Shown here in pieces: positions 8,315-16,900 of a stretch of DNA of 35,738 bases (positions are counted from its first letter, which is position 1; each line of letters opens with the position of its first letter). The DNA comes from Candidatus Undinarchaeota archaeon (GTDB lineage: Archaea > SpSt-1190): positions 1-35,738 of the forward strand of contig CAZJUS010000006.1 of the NCBI GenBank assembly GCA_964549355.1, read 5' to 3'. The position numbers and the translations under genes were made by a program. The notes beneath the pieces are model-generated. The model was not told the DNA's origin. It searched no databases and saw only the letters and a program-made list of their open reading frames with translations.

Positions 8315-8816
8315 TTTCAATTCCACCCGAGTACAGCACCACTTCCCTGTTTTCGGTGTTTATTATACTTACACTTGGGGTTGCAGGTGCACCTGCCCGG
8401 CCGCCCCCCCACGCACCCGTGGCGGAGCCGGGATTCACCACAACCACCCCTTCGGTTTTAAAGGTTTCCTGCCGGTGTGTATGCCCGCAGACCACAAAAT
8501 CGTGGCCTTTCTGCTTGGCGTATCTGGCCATCTCTTGGTATCCCCCGCGCCCGAAGCGGTCCCCGTGCATCAGGAGCAGTTTTATCCCGTCCAGCTCCAG
8601 GCTGATTTCCCTGGGCAGTTCGAACCTGTCCATGTTCCCCCGGACGGCATAGACGGGGGCCACCCTCTCCAGCAGGTAGATCACTGAAGGGTCCGTTGCG
8701 TCCCCGGTGAAAAGAATCCTGTCCGGCCGCTCCTCCACCAGCAGCTTCATTATCCACTCCGGGATTTCGGCAGCCCTCTCGGGGATGTGGGTGTCTCCGA
8801 GGCAGAGAATCTTCAT
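8283..8816 (-). CDS. Metallophosphoesterase, YfcE/MJ0936/Vps29-like
   Basis: GDTH, FTGD, VRGNMD, HGD, CGHTH, NPGS motifs. Confidence 0.92.
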   Translation of the reverse strand: MKILCLGDTHIPERAAEIPEWIMKLLVEERPDRILFTGDATDPSVIYLLERVAPVYAVRGNMDRFELPREISLELDGIKLLLMHGDRFGRGGYQEMARYAKQKGHDFVVCGHTHRQETFKTEGVVVVNPGSATGAWGGGRAGAPATPSVSIINTENREVVLYSGGIENGIQSKRFQG

Positions 8817-8838
8817 AGTTTTCCTCATCACGGACCTA

Positions 8839-8854
8839 AAAAACCTTTTTTAAG
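8839..8854 (+). promoter_or_regulatory. Putative BRE/TATA of the C/D box sRNA
   Basis: AAAAACC-TTTTTTAAG about 25 nt upstream of the C box. Confidence 0.5.
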
Positions 8855-8873
8855 CAAGGCAGTCTTTGCGTAT

Positions 8874-8922
8874 GTGATGACGCCGTCCCAGTCTGACCGG
8901 TGATGATTGATGGGCGATCTGA
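8874..8922 (+). ncRNA. Archaeal C/D box methylation-guide sRNA (dual guide)
   Basis: C box GTGATGA (8874-8880), 12-nt guide, D' CTGA (8893-8896), C' GTGATGA (8900-8906), 12-nt guide, D CTGA (8919-8922). All boxes are perfect with canonical spacing, and the element is intergenic. Confidence 0.93.
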
Positions 8923-8924
8923 AA

Positions 8925-8951
8925 CTTATGATAAGCTTATAAATTATAAGC
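8925..8951 (+). promoter_or_regulatory. trxB promoter region with palindromes over the TATA box
   Basis: CTTAT-G-ATAAG (8925-8935) and GCTTATAA-A-TTATAAGC (8935-8951). TTATAAAT lies about 25 nt before ATG 8965, which fits a leaderless transcript. Confidence 0.55.
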
Positions 8952-8964
8952 ACTATCCTTCCCT

Positions 8965-9879
8965 ATGAAGGATGTCATTATCATCGGCGCCGGGCCCGCC
9001 GGCATGGGTGCCGCCATCTACGCCCAGAGATACGGCATGAAGGCCACTGTGGTGGACGGCAAGACCGGCGGGACCATGACTGAGAACCCGGAGATTGAAA
9101 ACTACCCCGGCCTCCTCCGCAAGTCCGGGTATGAAATCGGCCAGCTCATGATGGAGCATGCGGAGAGCCTGGGGGCGGAGTTCCTGCCGGAGATGGCGAC
9201 TGACATAGCGGTGAATCCGGACAGGACATTCACTGTGAAGACGGACTGGGGCAAACAGCTCCAGGCCAAGACTGTGCTGGTTGCGACCGGTCTCAAGAAA
9301 AGGAAGCTCGGTGCAGTGAATGAAGACAAGTTTGCGGGGCGCGGGGTCAGCTACTGCGCCACCTGCGACGGCGCCTTCTTCAAGGGAAAGACAGTGGCTG
9401 TGGTCGGCGGAAGCGACTCCGCCGGCGTAGCTGCTTTCATACTGGCCGAATTCGCCGACAAGGTCTACATAATCTACCGACGCGGCAAGTTCTTCCGCAT
9501 GAATGCAACATATGTGAAAAAAGTGAATAAGAACCCAAAGATAGAAGTCATATTCAACGATGAAGTTGCGGAAGTGAACGGCAGGGACACAGTGGAAAGC
9601 CTGAAACTCAAGAGTGGCAGAGTCCTGGAGGCACAGGGACTCTTCATTGAAATTGGGCGCTCGCCTTATCTTCCTTTCAACGTGGAGGGCTTCCAAATTG
9701 AGACTGATGAGAGAGGCTTCATCAAAGTCGGCCCCGACCAGGCCACCAATGTGCCCGGTCTTTTTGCGGCAGGGGATATAACCACTGCCAGCAACGGCAT
9801 GCACCAGATAGTGACTGCCGTGGCCGAGGGCGCCGTTGCCGCTGCGTCGGCGCATAAATACCTGCTGGAGGGTGATTGA
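8965..9879 (+). CDS. trxB: Thioredoxin reductase (FAD/NAD(P)-dependent disulfide oxidoreductase)
   Basis: IIGAGPAG, IENYPG, GRGVSYCATCDG, VVGGSDSA, GLFAAGD, QIVTAVAEG. Confidence 0.93.
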   Translation: MKDVIIIGAGPAGMGAAIYAQRYGMKATVVDGKTGGTMTENPEIENYPGLLRKSGYEIGQLMMEHAESLGAEFLPEMATDIAVNPDRTFTVKTDWGKQLQAKTVLVATGLKKRKLGAVNEDKFAGRGVSYCATCDGAFFKGKTVAVVGGSDSAGVAAFILAEFADKVYIIYRRGKFFRMNATYVKKVNKNPKIEVIFNDEVAEVNGRDTVESLKLKSGRVLEAQGLFIEIGRSPYLPFNVEGFQIETDERGFIKVGPDQATNVPGLFAAGDITTASNGMHQIVTAVAEGAVAAASAHKYLLEGD

Positions 9880-11106
9880 ATGGATCCATGGGAAAACGCA
9901 AAAAAACAATTGTTTAGGGTTGCAAAGGACTTCGATATTGAAAAATCTGTCGTGGACATACTGTCCCGCCCCGAGCGGGCTGTGGAGAGCAGGATTGCCG
10001 TCAGGACGGACGACGGCTCCACCAGCATTTATCCTGCCTACCGGGTCTGGCACAATACCGCCCGTGGCCCGGCCAAGGGAGGCATCCGCTTCCACCCCAA
10101 CGTCACCCTTGAAGAAGTGAAGGCCCTTTCCATGTGGATGACCTGGAAGAACGCTGTAGCAGGGGTTCCATATGGGGGAGGCAAAGGAGGTGTTATTGTG
10201 AATCCCAAGGAGCTCAGCCGGAGTGAATTGGAGCACCTCAGCCGTGCATACGCCCGGCAGTTCGCATTCCTCTTCGGCCAGGACACAGACATTCCGGCCC
10301 CTGATGTGAACACCAATTCACAAACCATGGCGTGGATGCTGGATGAACTCGAAGCCATGAAGGGAAAAAAGCAACCAGGCATGATAACAGGCAAGCCGGT
10401 TGAGCTCGGCGGAAGCCAGGGCAGGACCGAGGCAACCGGACTCGGCGGGTTTTTCACAATTCACAATGCAGTGAAAGCCTTCGATGTGCCCGGCCGGAGT
10501 GTTGCAGTCCAGGGCTTCGGCAATGTCGGCTATTATGTTTCGCATTTCCTCCACGAAGCCGGCTTCAAAGTTGTGGCGGTCAGCGACTCGAAGGGAGGCA
10601 TCTACGATCCGAACGGCCTGAATGTGGATGCTGTCATGGACACCAAGAAGCGCACCCGCTCGGTGGTCAACTACTCCGGCAACCGCATCAGCAACGAAGA
10701 ACTGCTTGAGCTTGATGTGGATATCCTTGTCCCTGCAGCCCTTGAGAATGTGATAACCCGTCGCAACGCCGGCGACATAAAGGCCAGGCTGATAGTGGAG
10801 CTTGCCAACGGCCCGACCGCACCGGAGGCCGACAGGATTCTCGAAGAGTCCGGGCAGGTTGTAGTCCCCGACGTGCTGGCCAACTCAGGCGGGGTTTCAG
10901 TCAGCTATCTGGAATGGGTCCAGAACCGCATGGGGCTCTACTGGGAGAAGGAGGATGTTTTCGGCAGGCTGAAGAAGATAATGGATGATGCTTTCCGGCA
11001 CGTCCATCAGTTCTCAAAAGAGCACAATACACCCCTCAGGAACGCATCAATAGGGCTGGCTGTGGGCAAGGTGGCAGAAGCCATGAAGGTCCGCGGGGTC
11101 TTGTGA
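9880..11106 (+). CDS. gdhA: Glutamate dehydrogenase (Glu/Leu/Phe/Val dehydrogenase family)
   Basis: RGPAKGGIRFHP, MTWKNA, GGGKGG, DIPAPDVNT, VQGFGNVG, ELANGP, PDVLANSGGV.VSYLEWVQN. Confidence 0.95.
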   Translation: MDPWENAKKQLFRVAKDFDIEKSVVDILSRPERAVESRIAVRTDDGSTSIYPAYRVWHNTARGPAKGGIRFHPNVTLEEVKALSMWMTWKNAVAGVPYGGGKGGVIVNPKELSRSELEHLSRAYARQFAFLFGQDTDIPAPDVNTNSQTMAWMLDELEAMKGKKQPGMITGKPVELGGSQGRTEATGLGGFFTIHNAVKAFDVPGRSVAVQGFGNVGYYVSHFLHEAGFKVVAVSDSKGGIYDPNGLNVDAVMDTKKRTRSVVNYSGNRISNEELLELDVDILVPAALENVITRRNAGDIKARLIVELANGPTAPEADRILEESGQVVVPDVLANSGGVSVSYLEWVQNRMGLYWEKEDVFGRLKKIMDDAFRHVHQFSKEHNTPLRNASIGLAVGKVAEAMKVRGVL

Positions 11107-11155
11107 TAGTTTTTTAATTTATGCACTTTCATCCTGCATGCATTTTGGCAGTGAG

Positions 11156-11587
11156 ATGAAAATGGACGAAATCAACAGCCTGGGCCGGCTGTACAGCTAT
11201 GTTTACCGCTGGAAGAGCCCTCTGCTGAAGAAAATTAATGAGAATAGGAAAAAATACGGAAGGATGCTTGCACCCACTTTTGAAGATGCGGTCAAACTGT
11301 TGGAGGATATTTACCGCGGTGAGGGGGATGAAATATACAACACAGACCCCGTGACCGCCGAACTCATTGTATCCTCCTTTGCCGGTGCGAAGAGGACAAC
11401 TCCGTTTGTGGTGGAAGTCAACGGGAGGCCACAGCTGACTTGGTGGGGGACCGAAATCATAGCCCTTGGACAGTATGAAGCTGCAAACAACAGCAACAGT
11501 CTGGTTTCTGCAGCCAAATCTGCAATTGACGCTGCAGAAAGATACATTGCCGGCAGACTGGATTACAATGGGTATTACGAGCCTTGA
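11156..11587 (+). CDS. Hypothetical protein
   Basis: Intergenic ORF with protein-like composition and no recognised motif. Start uncertain (11138/11156/11162). Confidence 0.65.
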   Translation: MKMDEINSLGRLYSYVYRWKSPLLKKINENRKKYGRMLAPTFEDAVKLLEDIYRGEGDEIYNTDPVTAELIVSSFAGAKRTTPFVVEVNGRPQLTWWGTEIIALGQYEAANNSNSLVSAAKSAIDAAERYIAGRLDYNGYYEP

Positions 11588-11639
11588 AACTGCTTTTGGA
11601 CATAAACCATATAATTCTTGGGAGCCCAGTTTCTTCTGG

Positions 11640-11710
11640 GCGACCGTGGTGTAGTGGTAGCATACTGGCCTTCCAAGCCATTGACTCGGGTTCGAATCCC
11701 GGCGGTCGCA
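11640..11710 (+). tRNA. tRNA-Gly(TCC)
   Basis: GCGACCG-TG-GTGT-AGTGGTA-GCAT-A-CTGGC-CTTCCAA-GCCAT-TGAC-TCGGG-TTCGAAT-CCCGG-CGGTCGC-A. TATA-like AAACCATATAATT about 30 nt upstream. No encoded CCA. Confidence 0.97.
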
Positions 11711-11741
11711 CGAGCTTTTTAGAAAAAAGCTCGACCAAAAA
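11711..11741 (+). repeat. Palindromic element immediately 3' of tRNA-Gly (copy 2)
   Basis: CGAGCTTTTT-AGA-AAAAAGCTCG-ACCAAAAA, with perfect 10-bp arms. Confidence 0.8.
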
Positions 11742-11909
11742 TCAAACCAACAATGAAAATAAATACCTTTCAAAACGTAAAAATTAACTGCCCAGACTGA
11801 TATTACAACCAATGCCTTTGTAGATTCCTTTTTGTCTGGTTCTTCTCCAAAAGAAGTTCCTAATATACGAACAAGCTTAGTTTTTTATTGTTTCCCTGTT
11901 TTTTTGTAC

Positions 11910-12347
11910 ATGATAAACATCGGTCACAAACCCATTGTCAAAAGGCGCGCCGTCGCCGAAGGCAGGCTCCAGCTTTCCCGAAACTCCGCCGAGGTGATAC
12001 TCCAAAAAGCACTTGAGAAGGGGGATGTCTTTGAGGCTGCCAAGCTGGCCGCCGTCCGGGCCGTCAAGGACACACCCCGCACTGTTTTCCATTGCCATCC
12101 CATCCACATTACCAAAACCGAGTTTGAAGGCAAGTTGCACGGCAATGTCTTCGAGGCCCGTGTGGCCGTGGAAGCCATGGACCGCACCGGGTGCGAAATG
12201 GAGGCCCTCAACGGTGTTCTGTCCGCCTTGGCCAATGTCTGGGACATGGTGAAGCCTTACGAAAAGGACCTTCGGGGGCAGTATCCCCGCACCAGGATTT
12301 TTGATGTCCGGATTGTGGAAAAGACTAAAAACCCTCGGCGGGAATGA
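11910..12347 (+). CDS. moaC: Cyclic pyranopterin monophosphate synthase MoaC (archaeal type)
   Basis: MINIGHK...RRAVAEG, EKGDV, CHPI, TGCEMEAL, WDMVK.YEKD..GQYP.TRI. ATG 11910. Confidence 0.9.
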   Translation: MINIGHKPIVKRRAVAEGRLQLSRNSAEVILQKALEKGDVFEAAKLAAVRAVKDTPRTVFHCHPIHITKTEFEGKLHGNVFEARVAVEAMDRTGCEMEALNGVLSALANVWDMVKPYEKDLRGQYPRTRIFDVRIVEKTKNPRRE

Positions 12348-13048
12348 ATGCAATGGGGTTCGGGCCGTGGAAGGGGAGCAGTTTCCGCAAAGCCCTCGGC
12401 ATGAGCGTCAGGCAGATTGACGGGTTTGTCCAGTACTCCAGGGCCGGCAAGAAAGTGAATTTTGTCGGGACCAGGGAAGAGATTGAAAAACAGCTGAAGA
12501 TTCTGCCACGCTCTCCTGTGAATCTTCCCGAGAAAATCACCGATTATTATATGATTGAATTCCCAAAGACATTCGTCCCGCCGAATGGGCGCCAGGTCAT
12601 ATTTGTGAAAATTCCTCTTGAGGTCGAAGTCAGGTTCAATGACAAAAAGGTGGATATTATTGGATTCACAAAAACGTCCTTCATACTTTACGGCCCCGTG
12701 GATGGGGGCATCATTGCGCGCCGTATAATCGGCGAAGTGATTGATGAAAAGGACATCAAGAAAGCTGCCGATGGGAGGCACATGGTCATGCCCCTGCGGA
12801 TCAAGAACTACACTTCAAAAATCCGCGAGGTGACCCGCATCCTGATAAACACCAATTACATGGACCTCTATTACGCTGAAGGGGGCAGGCAGGTCATGAC
12901 TGAAAAAATCAAAATGGATTTGACGGCGCGCGGAGTTTATGTCCGCCACCTGAACGCTTCCCATGTCAAAGGGCTGAAGAAGCTGTCAGGCAACAGCCAG
13001 CTTTTGAAAAAAGAGGAAAGGATGAAAATGGAGTGGGAGGAATGGTAG
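12344..13048 (+). CDS. DUF432 family protein
   Basis: ILPRSPVNLP, IFVKIPLEVEV, LYGPVDGGIIAR, MPLRIKN. Coupled to MscS, an arrangement common in archaea. Confidence 0.8.
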   Translation: MNAMGFGPWKGSSFRKALGMSVRQIDGFVQYSRAGKKVNFVGTREEIEKQLKILPRSPVNLPEKITDYYMIEFPKTFVPPNGRQVIFVKIPLEVEVRFNDKKVDIIGFTKTSFILYGPVDGGIIARRIIGEVIDEKDIKKAADGRHMVMPLRIKNYTSKIREVTRILINTNYMDLYYAEGGRQVMTEKIKMDLTARGVYVRHLNASHVKGLKKLSGNSQLLKKEERMKMEWEEW

Positions 13049-13824
13049 ATTTCGCAGCCATCAACTGGGCAGGCATAGGCTCTGCAGCCATTATTGCACT
13101 CATAGGGTTCTTCATCTCCCGCAACCTCTCGAAGATTGTTGAGAGGGCCTTGAGGAAGACTATGCCCACAGGAACCGCCAAGAGCCTGTCCCGCATAATC
13201 TACTATGCTTTCATATTCATCCTGGTGCTCTTTGTCCTTTCCCTTGTTGGAGTGAATGTCCAGATTCTTCTCGCAGCAGGAGGAGTGCTCGGCGTTGCAA
13301 TCGGGTTTGCCAGCCAAAAAACCGTTTCGAATCTGATATCCGGCATCTTCCTCTATATCGACCGCCCCATGGATATAGGGGACTCGGTTGATATTGAAGG
13401 GACCGGCGGGACAGTCCTTGACATATCGCCTCTCAGCACCCGCCTCCGCTCCTGGGACGGTCCGGTAATCCGCATACCAAACTCCAAAGTCTTTGACTCA
13501 AAAATCACCAACTACAAAAAAACAGCAGCCCGCAGAATTGAATACAAAATCGGCATCAGCTACAGGAGCAAAGTGGACAAGGCTGTCAAAATTATCAAGA
13601 AACTCCTCGATGATGAGGCATTTGTTCTTGACTCGCCCGGGCCAACAATCTGGGTGAGCAACCTGGCGGACTCGGCGGTGGAGCTCACCGTCCGGGCATG
13701 GGCGCCTGCTTCAAAGATGTTTTCAGTCAAGACCTCGATGCTCCAGAAAATCTATGAGGCCCTCGCCAAGAATAAGATTGAAATTCCATATCCCCAGATG
13801 GATGTACACTTGAAACGCCGGTGA
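13042..13824 (+). CDS. mscS: Small-conductance mechanosensitive channel MscS
   Basis: TM helices, GVLGVAIGFASQKTVSNLISG, RPMDIGD, IRIPNS, IEIPYPQMDVH. GGAGG RBS before ATG 13042. Confidence 0.95.
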   Translation: MVDFAAINWAGIGSAAIIALIGFFISRNLSKIVERALRKTMPTGTAKSLSRIIYYAFIFILVLFVLSLVGVNVQILLAAGGVLGVAIGFASQKTVSNLISGIFLYIDRPMDIGDSVDIEGTGGTVLDISPLSTRLRSWDGPVIRIPNSKVFDSKITNYKKTAARRIEYKIGISYRSKVDKAVKIIKKLLDDEAFVLDSPGPTIWVSNLADSAVELTVRAWAPASKMFSVKTSMLQKIYEALAKNKIEIPYPQMDVHLKRR

Positions 13825-13923
13825 TTTTTACTGTTTTAGAGTTAATAAGAAAGGAGCATTCGATTCTGCCGATTTGGAGCAATTATTGAATGTAATTCTT
13901 TTAATATCCCTTGTTCTATACTT

Positions 13924-16900
13924 ATGATGGATTCCAGACTTCGATTAGTCCTTGTTCTGTCACTTTTCTTCATATTGGTGCCGGTCCAGGCCGTGACTAT
14001 GGAGTGGTGGAATGCCAGCTGGAATTACCGATACTGCGTTAGCATAAACTCATCGAAGTACTCCCGGACGGACTGGCCGATTGAACTCAACATCAACTTC
14101 ACATCCCTTATGGGCGACGGCTTGACTTTCAACAGCAACAGCACGAGGGTGGTCGAGCAGAACGCCAGCACAGGAACAGTGATCGGCGAGAAGTATTACC
14201 AGTTTGATGCTGCAGCAGATTACAATCCGACCACGAATGCAGTTGGGACGGTGGTCTTTCATTTGAACGGAACTCAGGCGTACGAAAACCGAAGTTTTTG
14301 CATTTACTACGATACCAATGAATCTTCATTTTCCGCCCCAACATACGATACGGGGTTGAACTATTCACTGAACGGTGAGATATTGAATGTGAATGTTACC
14401 GTCGAACCGGGGAGCGGGAAGGGGCTCCGGATGTGGCTTGATTCACATCGCGGTGAATTGACATCCGGATTTTACAAGGTGCAGGATTTCAACGGAAACA
14501 CTCTTTTGGATGCAGCCGATAACGAACGTACTTTTATTTATTCACAATATTCCAACAGCTCTGCCAATTTTTCATTCGAGGCGGAACCGTTTCAACTGGT
14601 TTACGAGGGTCCGATGCGCTTGGTGTTTGAACAGACAGCCAATGAAACGTATTGGAATCAATCAGGCAACAACACTGAAGGTCGCATGACTTTCCGTTAT
14701 ACTTTCTACTGGCTCAATCAATGGGTGAAGGTTGAGCAGATTTTCAACAATACGGCGACTTATGCAATCAACCGGAGTTCGACTCCTGCAGGCGCCTTGA
14801 GGTTTGAAAATTTTCGTGCAGGCTTTGACTTTGTTGTCCAAGGCAACAATTCAGATCCGGGCTCGTGGCAGTGGGCGGCAGCAGATTTAGCCAATTACCA
14901 TGTCGGCATCATCAACAAGGAAGAGAGCATATCTGAGTTTTCATCCCAGGACCGCAACATGTCTGCAGGCGCAATTGGTATCGAGCTGGACCAGACGGAA
15001 ATCAGTCCTGGAGCAACAATTTCAGAAGAGGCCGTCGTCCACTTCAACAGCCCCCAGTATATCAAGGGGTTTCCTTCATCCATTCAGATCCGCGGGCTGT
15101 CGGAACGGTTTGTGTTTGCACCTGTCGTCGGGGTCCAAAGTTATGAAAGATGGAAGGTGGAGGTCAATGCAAGCACAGACCATCTTCACTACAACCGAAA
15201 TGAAACTGTGTTTATTTACCTCAATCTGACGTATGATTCTGGGAATTTAACCAAAGCTGTGAATGCAACATTATTCTATCCATCAGGAAGTGAAACTTTT
15301 CCGTTGTATGACGATGGAAGCCATGGGGACGAGAGTGCTGGAGACTTGCTGTATACCAACACATACAACCTTACCAACACATCAGATATCGGAGTCTGGA
15401 ATGTATCCATCACTGCATATGGAATTTCCGATAATGTGTTGAATCAAAGCAACACATCATTCACAGTCCACAGCAAACTCTCGTCCCAGGTTTTCATTGA
15501 AAATCCATACGGCTATGCATCACGCAGAGTGAATGCAACACTTGTCCTTAAAAATTACAGAAATGATACCGCAATTGTTGGAGCTGATGTCAACTGCAGT
15601 TGGGACGGCCAGTACGGCGCCACAATTGTGGATGACGGCAACGGCAATTATTCAATCAATTTCACCGCTCCGGACCACTACGGCATCTACACTCTCAACT
15701 GCACATCAAGCAAAGATGGAAATTGGGGGGAAGGCCTGAAGACTTTTACGGTCATAGAGCTAAACACCAGTTTTTCGGTTGCTTTAAGCACAGTTCCTTC
15801 AGGGGCGTCATGGGACAATATCACGCAATTCCAGAACCAGACTTTGATTGTGCTGGCCAATGTAACCAATCTCGGAAACGGCACTGCAGACAATGCCAAC
15901 TTCAGCTTTCATCCGCCCGATGGGTGGGTCAGCAATTCAACTTTTGAACTCCTCGGGTTTGTTGACTTGTTTGAGTCAAAATTGCTGTATTTTGAAGTCA
16001 CAGCTCCGACTGCCGTTGCACCCGGCAACTATTCATTCAATGGGACGGCAGTATGGACGAACCCCGATTTGAATGTCTCCAATCAGACAGGGTATGCCAA
16101 TTTCACTGTTGACCCTAACCCACTGATGAATGTATCTGAAGAAAATATATCGACCGTGGCGACCCCGGGGCAGTGGACTCTCCTCCAAAACATTACTGTA
16201 CTTTCAATCGGCAACTATAAACTTGTCAATGTAACTTTCAACGCAACTGGTTTTCAAAATATGACTTTCAATTTCACTCCATGGAACATCAGTGAATTGA
16301 CCGAGGGGCTTAATCAGTCTGTGGAGGTTTGGGTTTATGTTGCTGCCGACCATGAACGTGGGACATTCAACGGAACGCTTTTTGCGAATGAATCAACAGG
16401 GCTTTCCGATTCTGTGGCTTTGGAAATCCAGCTGCTTGAAACCGAAATCAGCTTGGATGCCAACCCTTTATTTATACCGGCCGACAATACAGGATGGTTT
16501 GATTTTACCAATTTCACATTCCAGGTCAATACTTCGAATATTGGCTCTTCCACCGGGTTTGATGTGAACATATCTGTTGAAGGCCCGCCTGAATGGATAA
16601 CCAATTATACTGACAATGTGGCCCACTGCGGGGATATGGCACCCGGAGAAAACTGCTCCAAACCCTTTGAAATCGCAATCCGGCAGGCACCCCCTTCTTT
16701 GTACAATTTGGTTGTGAATGTCAGCTGGTACAATCCCGGTATTGGCGTAAAATACAACACAACTCAGATTCAAGTCAATGTCAGTTCCAATCCGAAAGTC
16801 AATGCCACGCCACTTAATTTGTCTGGAGTTGGCAATCAAGGACAGTCTACGAACTTTACAGGATTTAGGCTTTTGGGAGTTGGAAATGAAGAAGTTTCAG

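Noticed and set aside
8953..10236. 427-aa minus-strand ORF
   Set aside because: Antisense to trxB/gdhA, a typical shadow frame.
11129..11812. 227-aa minus-strand ORF and other short ORFs across tRNA-Gly
   Set aside because: They run through the tRNA gene. The AT-rich part (11742-11880) could be a gene remnant but nothing supports it.
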